A DNA stretch of 64,000 nucleotides from Candidatus Poribacteria bacterium (GCA_965207095.1 CBDBMC010000001.1:4625575-4689574), one strand, 5' to 3'; positions 9,398-20,084 are shown, numbered from the stretch's first letter. The notes: generated from the sequence alone by a model not told the origin. Program-made: numbers and translations.

Positions 9398-11311
9398 CTA
9401 GGGGAAGAAGCTATACAGCGGGGTGTTGGTTAGAATACTCAAGATGCTCCAGATAAACCCGACAATATAGTCCCCGAGCGCGACGCCCAGAAAGAAAGGC
9501 ACCGCCCGGCGAAAGGAACCAAGCCCACCATATCGCAATATAATTGACTTAATCACCCAAGCGACAAAGATACAGGACCATAGGTTGAACATCCCCCAGC
9601 TATCCGCTGTCACATAGCCGAGCGGGTGGAGGGGCCACCATAGAAACCGTGTCCGTAAGAACATCAGCACCGCTGTCAATCCAAATCCACCGGCCATAAA
9701 CGCAAGGGCGGGACCGTCAGCCTCCCGCGGGTAGTTCAGCCAATTTTCGAGTTGACCGTACGCCATACGTCCGTACCACAACGAATGTGGGTGGAAATGT
9801 GCGGAGTCATGCCCATGTCGGTAGAATGCGTCTAATAGAAACCAAAAACTGACAACCACTCCGATTGCCGTTGCAAGTAGAATAGCGATCGATGTATGAC
9901 GCAGGTTGATATTGCGTCTTTCCGACATCTTGAACGCTTCCAGATGTTCCGGCATCGGATTAACCCAATAGGCACGATTGAAAAACATATACATCGAAAA
10001 GACGGTAAGCGTATTGGTAGTAAGTTGCCACGTGCCAAACCCGGTAACAATCATGGTGTGTGGATCGATACCCGGACGGTAACCGTGCCCGTGAACGATG
10101 AAGCCGAGCTCCGCACGCAATCGGGTAATCATAATCGATAGCAAAAAATAAATCGCAAAGAAAATAGGTATTACCCACAACGACATACCGGCTTTGTAAG
10201 AGAAGACGGTCAAGAAGATTATACCAAACACAATGCCTATCACCGCCAAACGATATGGCATCGGCTCACGGCGGTCATCCAGCTGAAAGCGGGAGTTAGA
10301 AGATGTGAATAGATGACGGACTAACCCGATGAAATGCGATCTACCGATCCAGAGCGCAAAAACCAGCAATCCCATATACACGCCGAAGCCTTGTTCAGCT
10401 GCATACGGAAAACGCGGAAGGTTCTGCCACCCCATCATATCGCCGATCATTAATTCGATCTTGTAGAGCCAGAAAAACGCCCAACATGAAAATAGGAGAT
10501 CTCGCGGCATCATAAAACTCATGCCGATAACGAATGGGTAGAAAGAGACCCGGATTCCACCCCCGATCCCCTGTCGTTTGACAGGGATATACGGAATAAC
10601 AGGGTAGACAGAATGGAGTAGATTAACGATACTAATCAGCGCGGCGATACTGAAACCGATCCACATAAGCCGATTCCTGAAGAAACGCAACCGCGGATTG
10701 GTCATCTCTAAGGGTAGTTGCGTCAGCGGGTAACTTAACCGTTCATGCTCAGTCCACTGAATCCGCAATAGTGTGTTGATGCAGAGGAGTACAAGCATCA
10801 AGACAAAGATGAACGCACTCCACGCGGCGATTGGAGTGAGCCATGCCTTCAGAAAACGGGCATTATATAGGCTTGAATCCCCTTCATAGTAGCCGAGTAG
10901 GGTTTTTTCGTCTGAAACGGTGAGCCACTCTGGTATATTCCGCCAAAAAAGATTGCGCCAGTCGTTTTCCGGGGTGGCAAACTGAAATGGATAGCTCATG
11001 ATTGGCATTAAAATCTGCAGCATATCCCACGAACAGAGACAGGAAACGATGCACAACATGAAATGGACGGTCAACAGTTCCTGCTGAGAGATACCAAGTT
11101 TTGGAGAGAGCTTGTGGAGTACATATCCAATCAGCAAAAGCCAAAAAATGATAAAAATGACATTCGCCTGAGGATGGATGATTGTTGGGTAGCCAACGCG
11201 AACTACTTCGAGTTCAATAAGCCACCAAACATTGAAGGGAATGAGCACAAGGGCAAGTAGGAGGGACTTAAGCGTTAGACCGCTCTGGTAAGTGCCGGGC
11301 GTGTTTTGCAT
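9398..11311 (-). CDS. Large polytopic integral membrane protein of unknown function
   Basis: 637 aa with more than 12 predicted hydrophobic helices rich in aromatics. No family recognisable by eye. Confidence 0.6.
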   Translation of the reverse strand: MQNTPGTYQSGLTLKSLLLALVLIPFNVWWLIELEVVRVGYPTIIHPQANVIFIIFWLLLIGYVLHKLSPKLGISQQELLTVHFMLCIVSCLCSWDMLQILMPIMSYPFQFATPENDWRNLFWRNIPEWLTVSDEKTLLGYYEGDSSLYNARFLKAWLTPIAAWSAFIFVLMLVLLCINTLLRIQWTEHERLSYPLTQLPLEMTNPRLRFFRNRLMWIGFSIAALISIVNLLHSVYPVIPYIPVKRQGIGGGIRVSFYPFVIGMSFMMPRDLLFSCWAFFWLYKIELMIGDMMGWQNLPRFPYAAEQGFGVYMGLLVFALWIGRSHFIGLVRHLFTSSNSRFQLDDRREPMPYRLAVIGIVFGIIFLTVFSYKAGMSLWVIPIFFAIYFLLSIMITRLRAELGFIVHGHGYRPGIDPHTMIVTGFGTWQLTTNTLTVFSMYMFFNRAYWVNPMPEHLEAFKMSERRNINLRHTSIAILLATAIGVVVSFWFLLDAFYRHGHDSAHFHPHSLWYGRMAYGQLENWLNYPREADGPALAFMAGGFGLTAVLMFLRTRFLWWPLHPLGYVTADSWGMFNLWSCIFVAWVIKSIILRYGGLGSFRRAVPFFLGVALGDYIVGFIWSILSILTNTPLYSFFP

Positions 11312-11391
11312 AAGGTCAATTCAGTTGGTCATTTTAGACGGTTGGGGTTCAACCTTCCAACCGGATTCGTCTGGGTTATCAATGTTATGGT

Positions 11392-11511
11392 GGATTCTAA
11401 AAATAAATGAACACTTTTGCCCCCGGTAGGTGCCGTGGTAGGTTGAAACGGCGCAGTTGGAAACAGCGCCTACCAATTTGGAGTGTCTCATTAATTCTAA
11501 AATTTACTATA
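11392..11511 (-). mobile_element. MITE-like element, family 1, copy B (inverted relative to copy A)
   Basis: Reverse complement aligns with copy A end to end, with an internal deletion of about 30 bp. Together with copy A it brackets the two membrane-protein genes. Confidence 0.7.
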
Positions 11512-11631
11512 AATTCTATTGCGGGGCAAGATGCCCTGCCTACAGGACAGCGTCTGCAACGGCTGACAGATAGGACAATGACAGTCGGAAGTGCGTAAGT
11601 CCTATTCTGGCTAGGATTCACAAGGGTCTCT

Positions 11632-14600
11632 TTAATCCTGATTAGGTGTGACGATAACGCGTGTACCGTCAGAGCGACCTCGGACCGTTTCTCTGTACAT
11701 CATCTCTGCCTTTGCTGGCGGATGGACGAAACTCCCCGCAATACTCACCTTCAGCCGGAAGTAAAAGTCATAGGTTCCCTTGGGGAGCGTGTCGTAATAA
11801 AAAATTACCTCGTCATCTTTATACTGTGCGTAGGCAGGCATTCGTGTCATCGTCCCCGCAGGTTTGGCTGCTTTCGAAGCGGTGGCAAGATTGGGATTCA
11901 TCGGCTCAAAACCGGCGGCAAAGGGTGCGGACACTGCGACATAGTGCCTCCGTTCCGGGTTTACTACGCGGATGTGTTCCTCCACGATAGTCCCGATCTC
12001 CAGCTCAAGAACTTCTCCCGCCTTGACAGGACGCACGATGGGTGGTTCGTCTTCGTTTTGGATAATCTGAATCCGCCGTTCGACGACAAATCCTTCGTTT
12101 TTCCCGGCGACCTGATCGCCGCTCGCTGCTGGCATGTAGTCGAGTGTTAACCGTGCATAGGGCATGTTATCGGTGGGTCCCGATTGCCACATCACGCCAC
12201 CGGGAGTAGAAGCAACCGTTTCATACTGACTGACGTTTTTTCCGTGGGTGTCAAACTCCATAGACTCCGACCCGAATTGCAAGATTAGCTGATGCCCCGT
12301 TGACGGCGGTGGTTGTAGGCTCAATACTTCGCTCAAAGCGAGCAGGGCGGCGGCATTGGCGTTTGTGTTGCCCCAGCCGTTTGTATCTCCCCGAGAAATC
12401 AGTTCGTTAATTAGCAACTGCGTTTTCGGCTCTTGCGGAGAGGCGGTGTAGAGCGATCTGGCGACGCTCGCAAGCGTCTTGACCTCACTGGAATTGATTA
12501 ATCCGCCCCAGCTTCGCGCCCGATACTGTAGCCCTTGATAGACTTCTTCCCCGGTCTGGAGCGCGAAAATCAAACTTTTTGAGAGATCGTCACGGATCCG
12601 ATTAATCGACTCGGTTTCATCTGATGCCTCTGTGAGAAAGGCGTATAGAACTTTAGCCTCGCTGTAGAGGTCCAGCGTCAATGCGTGAGCGAGTAGGTCG
12701 TGCGCGTATGCATCTTGGAAGTCACCGGCCATGGCTAAGGCATGGAGCGCTTCGGCACGCTCGACATACGATTGACCATCGATAAAATTGGTGTAGTCCG
12801 AGTGTAGAGAAGCTTTCAACGCGTCAAGCCCTCTTTCCAAGAGCTTCTCGTCAAATTCATACCCTTGTGCCTTTGCCATCAACAAGAATTCCACCACATA
12901 GGCGGTTAGGCTGACGTAACTGTCGGAGCCGGGCCAATAGCTGTAAAGCCCGTTGGGTTGGAGCACAGTCTCCAGATAGTTAAAGTTCTCGCGGATTGAC
13001 AGATCAATAGCTTCCGCGCGATCACCCCGACCAATCTGATCGAGCAGGTTTTTGAGTGCCAATTCAGGCATCAACTGGCTGATGCGCTGTTCAGTACAGT
13101 TATATGGGTAACGCGCCAAGTAATCGAGTCCTGATAACATCTTCACCAGCGCGGGTTGATAGGTCAACAATACAGACTGACGAACTGTTCCCGGTCTTGG
13201 CTCGTCTTCAAGGGAGGGAAAGGAGATTGTTTCCTCCGGTTTCACCTGCACAAAGGTTTCCAACCGACGTTTCTCGCGGTCGTCCCTGACTGGAAGTGTT
13301 ACTTCAAACGCGTCAGTTGCTCCATCAATTTCTCTCATGACGGCAAGCCGTACCTTCATTCGATTAGTTTCGTCATTAATGAGCACGACTGTAGGAACTT
13401 TCATTGGAAAGTAGAGTTGTTCAGGTTTATCCTTCATCCAGTCCACTTGGCGGCGCGTCTCACCGCTCACCTCCAATCCTTCCACCTGAAGTTCGACGAG
13501 TCCCGGTCCACCTTCACCCTCAACGACCCGACCGATACCACCTGCGACAAAACTATCGCCCGGACGCACAAAGCGCGGCAGTGCAGACTGAACAATCAAT
13601 GGCAGACGGATGGAAAGAACAGATCTGGCGAAACCGAAACGGGCAGCGCCATCGGTGGCTACAGCTCGGACAGCAAAATCGGTCAGATTATCGGGCAGGT
13701 CAATGCTAAGTGTTGCAATACCGTCAACCACCTGCACACGGGGATTGTAATACGGAACGGGCTGAAAGTTTTTCCGTACCGTTACCTCACCAAACAATCC
13801 GCCCTCTGCGGAATACGATAAAAGTATTCCATCCCCGCCGGGGGTTTCGTTCACGGTCAGATTGCCGACAACTTCGTTTCGGGTGTCGCGAATGCGGAGG
13901 TGCGCTTTCACCTCGTCAATGAAGGAAGGCACAGGATCAAGCCGTTTCTCTCGGCCGAGGGCAAGGACGGCCCGGTCTACGAGCCAGAGGGTGACTTCGC
14001 CGTTTAATGGAGCTCCATCTGGATCACTGAGCCTGACGGTCATCGGCATAGATACACCGGGGAGATTTTGGGCGGGATGATCCAATTCAACCTTGATTTG
14101 GTTATCCCGCGGGTTCACCTGAATCCAAGCGGTGCTTGCCATTGTTATCGGTTTGGCAGCATCGACCGTAGCTCCATCAGGCATCTGCATTCCTTCGAGC
14201 CGTCCACGCAGCAGCAGCGCATGTACGGGCACACGCGGGGTCATGTCTCCGCTGATTGGAAGAGGGAAAACCCCCTGACCGTTTTCTATCTCAACCCAAT
14301 GGTACTGGTTGGCCTTTGGTCCTTCCACGATAATCAGAGCATGTGCCTGCTGAAACGGACTCTTTAGGAGCAGGTTGGCTGTCTCGCCCGGATCGTATAC
14401 GGTTTTATCGGGTGTTGTTTCAAAGACGTTTGCCTTGGGTTTCTCCCACGCCACGGGGGTATCGCCCGCGACATAAAGATCAGCAGACACGCTTTGCCGT
14501 CTGCCGAGTCTGTCTTGGGCTTCAATTTCAACGACGTAAACGCCTGCTGCTTCGACAGGCAATGATAGTCCCGTCGGTTCAGCGGTTGAAATCAGAGTTT

Positions 14601-15810
14601 GTTGAATCAGGGGAACATCTACTACGTCGGTTACGTACTCCGCTTTTCCGGTGGTAAAATCGCTTTCCTTGAGATACGAATGCCACTGACGGTGCATCAG
14701 CCGCAGCTGGAATTCCAGCCCTTCCAGCGATTTAGCTTCATGATCGAGCACCAAAACTTCTGGGTTGATGATTAGTGTATCTTTGAGAAACCGCTCCAGT
14801 TTCAATCCGAGAATGAAAGCCGGTACAGCTAATACGCGCTTTGAAGCTGTGACGGTTTGCTCATCGGCGCCCCACACCGTCGTTTGCACCAAGTAACGGC
14901 GAGCTCTACCATCTGGATCCAAGGCGGGGTTCAGTTCCAGCGTTGCTGAACCTTTTTCGTCCGTGACCTCTTGTTTAGAGCTGCCTGTTCTGCGGAACGG
15001 AGTGCTGTCGCTAAACCGCTGATCGGTCGAAAACAGAAAACCTGGATATTCATCCGGAGTTTTGAAGGTATGAGGAAATTGCGCAACGTCCCAATGCACT
15101 TGCTGCCCGACCACCCTGCCGCCCGCATAATAATCAGCGGTCATGGTCAGCGTGAATGCCCTATCGGTCGGCACCGTATCCGGTCCAAACAGTTGAACTT
15201 CAAATCGAGGGATACGATAACTTTCTTTTGAGAAATCGACAGAGGCAAGATTCTGCTGATCGGCATCATCAAAAATGATTGCCCGATACGTTCCTGTAGG
15301 CAACTCGGTCTCATCAAATTTGTGATAAAAACTGCCGTGCTGCGTAAAGGTAAGTGGATACCTCCACTTTTTGTCTCCCGGTCCTTCCACCACCAGACTT
15401 CTTCTCCGATCTGGCTCATATCTGAGGTCTCCCCTTTGCCGCAGACGTAGATACCCCTTGATGTGGACGGGTTCTTCTGGGCGATACACCGGACGTTCTG
15501 TAAAAATATGTGCTTTCTGCACTGGTATGTCTTTGATTTGCCGTGGCTCGCTCCTCAACCAAGCGAGCCAACCCCTACGTGATCCATACCAGTGGTTATC
15601 CAGAAAGTGTGGAGGTGGTTTCGCAGGATTGATTGTCAACACATCCCCTTTGTGACTGATCACGATGCGGCGTAGATGGCCTTCAACCTTGCCGGTATGC
15701 AGATAACGATACTGGCCCGTGCTGTCAGTGACGCCTGAAATAATTGGCTTCCAAGCCTGGTCCGAATCTCTATAATCTCGTCCTTCCACGAGCACCTGTG
15801 CTCCACCCAC
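11632..15810 (-). CDS. Alpha-2-macroglobulin family protein, C-terminal 1392-aa segment (thioester-containing)
   Basis: Contains the thioester motif in YPYNCTEQRISQ (CxEQ). It follows directly from the ORF at 15770-17377, in a different frame. Confidence 0.75.
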   Translation of the reverse strand: MGGAQVLVEGRDYRDSDQAWKPIISGVTDSTGQYRYLHTGKVEGHLRRIVISHKGDVLTINPAKPPPHFLDNHWYGSRRGWLAWLRSEPRQIKDIPVQKAHIFTERPVYRPEEPVHIKGYLRLRQRGDLRYEPDRRRSLVVEGPGDKKWRYPLTFTQHGSFYHKFDETELPTGTYRAIIFDDADQQNLASVDFSKESYRIPRFEVQLFGPDTVPTDRAFTLTMTADYYAGGRVVGQQVHWDVAQFPHTFKTPDEYPGFLFSTDQRFSDSTPFRRTGSSKQEVTDEKGSATLELNPALDPDGRARRYLVQTTVWGADEQTVTASKRVLAVPAFILGLKLERFLKDTLIINPEVLVLDHEAKSLEGLEFQLRLMHRQWHSYLKESDFTTGKAEYVTDVVDVPLIQQTLISTAEPTGLSLPVEAAGVYVVEIEAQDRLGRRQSVSADLYVAGDTPVAWEKPKANVFETTPDKTVYDPGETANLLLKSPFQQAHALIIVEGPKANQYHWVEIENGQGVFPLPISGDMTPRVPVHALLLRGRLEGMQMPDGATVDAAKPITMASTAWIQVNPRDNQIKVELDHPAQNLPGVSMPMTVRLSDPDGAPLNGEVTLWLVDRAVLALGREKRLDPVPSFIDEVKAHLRIRDTRNEVVGNLTVNETPGGDGILLSYSAEGGLFGEVTVRKNFQPVPYYNPRVQVVDGIATLSIDLPDNLTDFAVRAVATDGAARFGFARSVLSIRLPLIVQSALPRFVRPGDSFVAGGIGRVVEGEGGPGLVELQVEGLEVSGETRRQVDWMKDKPEQLYFPMKVPTVVLINDETNRMKVRLAVMREIDGATDAFEVTLPVRDDREKRRLETFVQVKPEETISFPSLEDEPRPGTVRQSVLLTYQPALVKMLSGLDYLARYPYNCTEQRISQLMPELALKNLLDQIGRGDRAEAIDLSIRENFNYLETVLQPNGLYSYWPGSDSYVSLTAYVVEFLLMAKAQGYEFDEKLLERGLDALKASLHSDYTNFIDGQSYVERAEALHALAMAGDFQDAYAHDLLAHALTLDLYSEAKVLYAFLTEASDETESINRIRDDLSKSLIFALQTGEEVYQGLQYRARSWGGLINSSEVKTLASVARSLYTASPQEPKTQLLINELISRGDTNGWGNTNANAAALLALSEVLSLQPPPSTGHQLILQFGSESMEFDTHGKNVSQYETVASTPGGVMWQSGPTDNMPYARLTLDYMPAASGDQVAGKNEGFVVERRIQIIQNEDEPPIVRPVKAGEVLELEIGTIVEEHIRVVNPERRHYVAVSAPFAAGFEPMNPNLATASKAAKPAGTMTRMPAYAQYKDDEVIFYYDTLPKGTYDFYFRLKVSIAGSFVHPPAKAEMMYRETVRGRSDGTRVIVTPNQD

Positions 15811-17377
15811 AGGCGCTACCGGTGCTCAGAGAGGTCACGACAAAGTTAACTGCTGAATCCTCCTCAACCGTGCTGAGACTCAAATCGGTTACCTGAATCC
15901 GCGCGTAATCTCGGTGAGTGCTGCTGCCTATTTTACGGTAACCGAGAAGGTATGTTCCCGGCTGGTCTGCACCGGAAATTTTCGTCAATAACGTTTTCAG
16001 CTCGATACCAAATCGGAGATTGCCCGCTCGGTCTTTCATGGGTAGAGGGATTAGCCGGGAGACGATTGGACTGCCGAGCAGCTGGATGTGTTTTGGCATA
16101 TTTGTATCGAACTTGGGCTCCTCTCCGGGTCCCGGTGGACGCGCTTCTTCATTGACTCTCACAGGTTTGTCTGGAAAGGGCCAAAAATTCCTATCTAGGG
16201 GATTCAGTTTATATATCCGGAGATCGAGTTGTTCTTCACCGCGTCCTTCCATGGGGAATTTCTGCGCGCCGTACCGTTCAAGAATCCCTCTGCTCTGCCC
16301 CCACCGCAGATAGGGATCGGCATGTCTATAATAAAAATAGAGAGCGGTATCCCCGAAGCTCGATAGATCTCTGCCGTTTCTGTCCGTCAAATTCGTTTGC
16401 TGAAGTGTAAATCGGTAGGTCTGATCTCTTTCAGGGCTAAAGTGGAGATTGAGGCGCTTCCCAGAAACCGAAAAACGGAAGTTCTTCACGGCGGGCTCAA
16501 ATCGTACCAGTTGCTTCACTGCCGCCATTGAAATGGAGCCCAGCTCATGGCTGAATTCGAGGAAGAGCGGCTCACTGCCTCCTCCGCCTTCGAGTGGTTG
16601 CTCTATCGGATAAACGCTACCTCTGGCGGCAACGGGAAAGACGACGCGCCCGCAACCGATGCCGGTCAACCTAAAGGTAGTTTGCGTTGCAAAAGTGTAC
16701 CGAATGAGTGCCCCTTTTAGACGCTCGTCCAATGAGAGCTGCAACGTCATAGTCACCACTCTACCGTAAGGAATAGGATTGTCAAAAGTAATCTGGTACT
16801 GGACGGCATCTTGAATTGATTTTCGTTCGACCTCCTTTACAGTGAAGTTTTCCCTCATTAGCCTCACAGACGCCGGCATTTTCGTATCATTGATGGCTGC
16901 TAGTCCCGGAGCTTGGCGCACTTCAAAACGAAGCATCGCACTCAACTCATCAACGTTCAACCGGTCTGCAAAGGATAGCAGTATCTCCTGAATGGGTTCC
17001 AGTTCTCGACTGCCACTGGCTGGTGAGATACTTGTCGGGGTTGCCATCAACGTAACAAGGGTGTGTACTACACCGTTGGCGGTTAGCGTGAATCGTCGGA
17101 GGGCGGGCCAACGCACGGTGGGAAGGAACTGTAGGGTTTTGTCGTCTAACCATCGATACTCACCGGGATGGTCGGGCTCAATTTGAAGCAGCTCACCGGG
17201 ATCATCTGCCGACTGGCTGTCGTTCGGTCCAACAGTTTCAGGGAAAAAGATGGTAACAGGATCGTAGCCTCTCAGGAAGATTTCGGGAACAACGGTCACT
17301 GTCTTCTGACCGAATGCGCCCCCAACCATATTCAGCATAAGGACTAAACTGGCGATAAATGTAGCTTTCGTTATCAT
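15770..17377 (-). CDS. Alpha-2-macroglobulin family protein, N-terminal 535-aa segment with signal peptide
   Basis: Signal peptide MITKATFIASLVLMLNMVGGAFGQ and MG-domain-like repeats. It overlaps the downstream ORF by 41 nt in another frame, consistent with a single gene of about 1915 aa split by a 1-nt frameshift near 15790-15830. Confidence 0.7.
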   Translation of the reverse strand: MITKATFIASLVLMLNMVGGAFGQKTVTVVPEIFLRGYDPVTIFFPETVGPNDSQSADDPGELLQIEPDHPGEYRWLDDKTLQFLPTVRWPALRRFTLTANGVVHTLVTLMATPTSISPASGSRELEPIQEILLSFADRLNVDELSAMLRFEVRQAPGLAAINDTKMPASVRLMRENFTVKEVERKSIQDAVQYQITFDNPIPYGRVVTMTLQLSLDERLKGALIRYTFATQTTFRLTGIGCGRVVFPVAARGSVYPIEQPLEGGGGSEPLFLEFSHELGSISMAAVKQLVRFEPAVKNFRFSVSGKRLNLHFSPERDQTYRFTLQQTNLTDRNGRDLSSFGDTALYFYYRHADPYLRWGQSRGILERYGAQKFPMEGRGEEQLDLRIYKLNPLDRNFWPFPDKPVRVNEEARPPGPGEEPKFDTNMPKHIQLLGSPIVSRLIPLPMKDRAGNLRFGIELKTLLTKISGADQPGTYLLGYRKIGSSTHRDYARIQVTDLSLSTVEEDSAVNFVVTSLSTGSACGWSTGARGRTRL

Positions 17378-17431
17378 GGCTTTTCTCTTCCTTTCAGCTA
17401 CTCAAAGTTCTTCTGCCCATTCTAAAAACGG

Positions 17432-18298
17432 TTAATGGTGGCTACTATCTGGGCGGCTTCGACCCAATAGGTTCAACAGGCGATCATCGGCGGCCTGTAG
17501 GTAATCCTCAGGAACAGGCACTTGATTGCATAAATTAAAGCGCCAATATGCCCATCGCGCAGCGTACTGCGATTGTAAGATATAGCGCGTTCGATCCGAT
17601 CGGTTGGGGGCACCGCGGTGCCAGCACTGGGGATCTTGGAAGTAGATGTCTCCAGCCTTACAGAAGATCGACGTTGGACCGCGACCTTCAAACTCCGGAT
17701 TTTCCTGATCATTCGGCCCGCGCCCGGAATAGTGGCTGCCGGCGACATATTGTGTTGGTCCCTGCTCGATTGTCTCAATGTCGGTCAGTGCCATCTGGAC
17801 GGTAATCCATAAGACCTGCATCTGAATCCGTGGATCGAAGCGCGGCACATCGTCGGGAAGCGGGAAATGGACTTGACCATCGACATGCCACCGCTCAATT
17901 GACAGACCGGGCAGGTTTCGCAGTACATTTTGACCGCAGAACTTACAGCCCTCACCCACAATGGCTTCCGCCAAACTGAGAATCGGCTCCCGGAGGAGCA
18001 TCTCCCGAAAGATCGGGTCAAGCTCGATTGTATTCCTTAAGATAAACGGGAGTTCTTCTCCCGATTCATCGTGGGGCCTCATTTGGATGTATCTCGTATC
18101 AGCAAGGTGCGGATTCGTCCTCTCGGCGAGAGTTGTGTCCGCAAAGAGCCTATCGCTTGTGTCGCGCAGCGCGGCGGTCTCCGTAGGCGTTAGCACACCG
18201 GGGATGTGCACAAACCCGTCACGGTGGAACTGTTTGACAATCTGTTCGGTCTTCTCTTTGCTGAGCGGCTCACCCGATAAAATTGGACTGGTGTTCAT
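17432..18298 (-). CDS. Phytanoyl-CoA dioxygenase (PhyH) family Fe(II)/2-oxoglutarate oxygenase
   Basis: Start chosen at MNTSPILS, preceded by AAAGGA. The PhyH-like region HRDGFVHIPGVL and the His/Asp facial-triad context (WHVDG) support the call. Confidence 0.7.
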   Translation of the reverse strand: MNTSPILSGEPLSKEKTEQIVKQFHRDGFVHIPGVLTPTETAALRDTSDRLFADTTLAERTNPHLADTRYIQMRPHDESGEELPFILRNTIELDPIFREMLLREPILSLAEAIVGEGCKFCGQNVLRNLPGLSIERWHVDGQVHFPLPDDVPRFDPRIQMQVLWITVQMALTDIETIEQGPTQYVAGSHYSGRGPNDQENPEFEGRGPTSIFCKAGDIYFQDPQCWHRGAPNRSDRTRYILQSQYAARWAYWRFNLCNQVPVPEDYLQAADDRLLNLLGRSRPDSSHH

Positions 18299-18698
18299 GA
18301 TAATCCTTTCTTCACGTAGGTTGGATTGAAGGAAATCTACGAAACATATCACACAGCATACCTAGATCGCGGGGAAGATTCTATATCGAATCTCAGAATT
18401 AGAGTGAAACCCAACATAATTAGGACTTACGCACTTGCACGCTCAAAGCCTGATGAATCCCCGATTTATCGCCTGTTCCGAAACCAGGGGGATAGGCGCG
18501 CAACCACAAGGGTTGCCCCTACGGTCAGATCTTAGGTTTATAGGCGGACGCGCCTGTTGGGACGCGCAATGAATTGCATTACTACAAACCGAGCTGCCTA
18601 AATCCTAATAGAAAATGTCGACCCGCTGGTATAGAATCACGCCTCACGTTTCACGTAGCATATCGCCAAAGGTGGAACAGACCATGCGCATGAATCTT

Positions 18699-19856
18699 CT
18701 AGCTGTTAGTAATCGATCCATCGCGCCGGCGGAGGAAACGTCTGCCCTCACTCTGCGCAGGGTTGGCAAGTGCAAATTCCTCATTGAACTCAACTCCAAG
18801 CCCCGGCAATTCAGGGACTGGAAACCGCGACCCTTCAAGTTGAGGTTGAACCGGAAACAGGTCCGTATTATACCGTTTCGTACTTTCGGTCGGCGATTGC
18901 CTTATCTCCATCCAGGCGAAATTTGGCACCGCCGCCGCCAAGTGAATCGTCGCCGCGGTACAAACTGTCCCCAGAGGATTGTGCGGCATGAGGTCAATAT
19001 AGTGTGCTTCTGCCAAACTGGCGACCTTCGCTGCCTCCGTCAAACCACCGACATTGCAGACATCCAACCGGACGAAATTGGTGATACCCCGTTCAATATA
19101 GGGCAGAAAATCCCATTTGTTCGAAATCTCCTCCCCAATTGCGAAGGGCACATCCACCATCGTCCGCAACGATTCATACGCCTCCGGTGTCTCATCTCGG
19201 ATCGGCTCCTCCAAAAAGTCAAGTGTTCCGGGAGGCATCCGTTGACAGAATGAAGCCGCTTCCGCAACATTGAGACGGTGATGATAGTCGATACCAAGTA
19301 CAGGCTCGGAACCAATCGCCTCGCGCAACTGCGTCAACCACTCCGCGGTCAATGCGATTGATTCACGTGGCTCGAAAATATTTTCCTCGCTTTTGGGCGC
19401 TGACCGTGCCATCCCTGTCCGGATGACGTTCCAACCGTTGTCAATCAGAAGCTTGGCATCAGCAATCAACTGTTCCGCTGATTGAACCTGTGTTGTTGCA
19501 AAGCAGGGAACATAGTCGCGTTGTTTCCCGCCAAGCAGCTGATACACCGGAACCCCCAAAGCTTTACCGGCAATGTCATGCAGTGCAATGTCAATCCCAG
19601 AAATAGCGGCTGTGAGGATACGTCCGCCCTCGAAATATTGGCTACGATACATCTCCTGCCACAGTGCACCGATACGCATCGGGTCCTTACCCAGCAGAAA
19701 TTCACGAAAATGCTGAACTGCTCCAATCACAGCCAAGGCACGTTTTGCAAGTCCTGTCTCACCGACTCCATAAATACCCACATCGGTTTCCACTTTCACA
19801 AAAAGCTGGTTGCCATCCGCCGCCACCGGAAACGTTTTTATATCAGCAATCTTCAT
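18699..19856 (-). CDS. Enolase-superfamily enzyme (mandelate racemase / muconate lactonizing enzyme, D-galactonate dehydratase-like)
   Basis: Start MKIADIKTF, preceded by a strong AGGAGG RBS. The N-terminal capping domain and the barrel-domain acidic metal ligands (IDYHHRL ... EEP) are typical of MR/MLE enzymes. Confidence 0.8.
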   Translation of the reverse strand: MKIADIKTFPVAADGNQLFVKVETDVGIYGVGETGLAKRALAVIGAVQHFREFLLGKDPMRIGALWQEMYRSQYFEGGRILTAAISGIDIALHDIAGKALGVPVYQLLGGKQRDYVPCFATTQVQSAEQLIADAKLLIDNGWNVIRTGMARSAPKSEENIFEPRESIALTAEWLTQLREAIGSEPVLGIDYHHRLNVAEAASFCQRMPPGTLDFLEEPIRDETPEAYESLRTMVDVPFAIGEEISNKWDFLPYIERGITNFVRLDVCNVGGLTEAAKVASLAEAHYIDLMPHNPLGTVCTAATIHLAAAVPNFAWMEIRQSPTESTKRYNTDLFPVQPQLEGSRFPVPELPGLGVEFNEEFALANPAQSEGRRFLRRRDGSITNS

Positions 19857-19990
19857 GAAGTGTCCTCCTGTATAACTTCGATATTTCAATTGACTCAATT
19901 TATCCATCGTGGTATATTTTTTATTGTACCCAGTTTCGGTGATTTGCTCAACACAATTAATCATTCGGTGCTAACCTACCACAATATTAT

Positions 19991-20084
19991 AGTAGATCTT
20001 AGAATTAATGAGACATGCCAAATCGGTACGGTTAGAAACGGCACCTACCGGACGACGAAAGTGTCTATTTATTCTTAGAATTCA
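19991..20084 (+). mobile_element. MITE-like element, family 1, copy C (shortened)
   Basis: Keeps both termini (TAGAATTAATGAGACA ... GTGTCTATTTATTCTTAGAATTCA) and one GGTACGGTTAGAAACGGCACCTACCGG module. Lies in the divergent promoter region between the racemase-family gene and the Sel1 gene. Confidence 0.65.

Noticed and set aside
11661-15655. Numerous 60-220 aa plus-strand ORFs antisense to the alpha-2-macroglobulin gene
   Set aside because: All lie entirely within the long A2M coding region on the other strand. They lack RBS and show biased composition typical of antisense frames.
18615-19253. 212-aa plus-strand ORF overlapping the enolase-superfamily gene
   Set aside because: Antisense to a well-supported gene. 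Arg-rich product typical of the wrong frame in GC-rich coding sequence.
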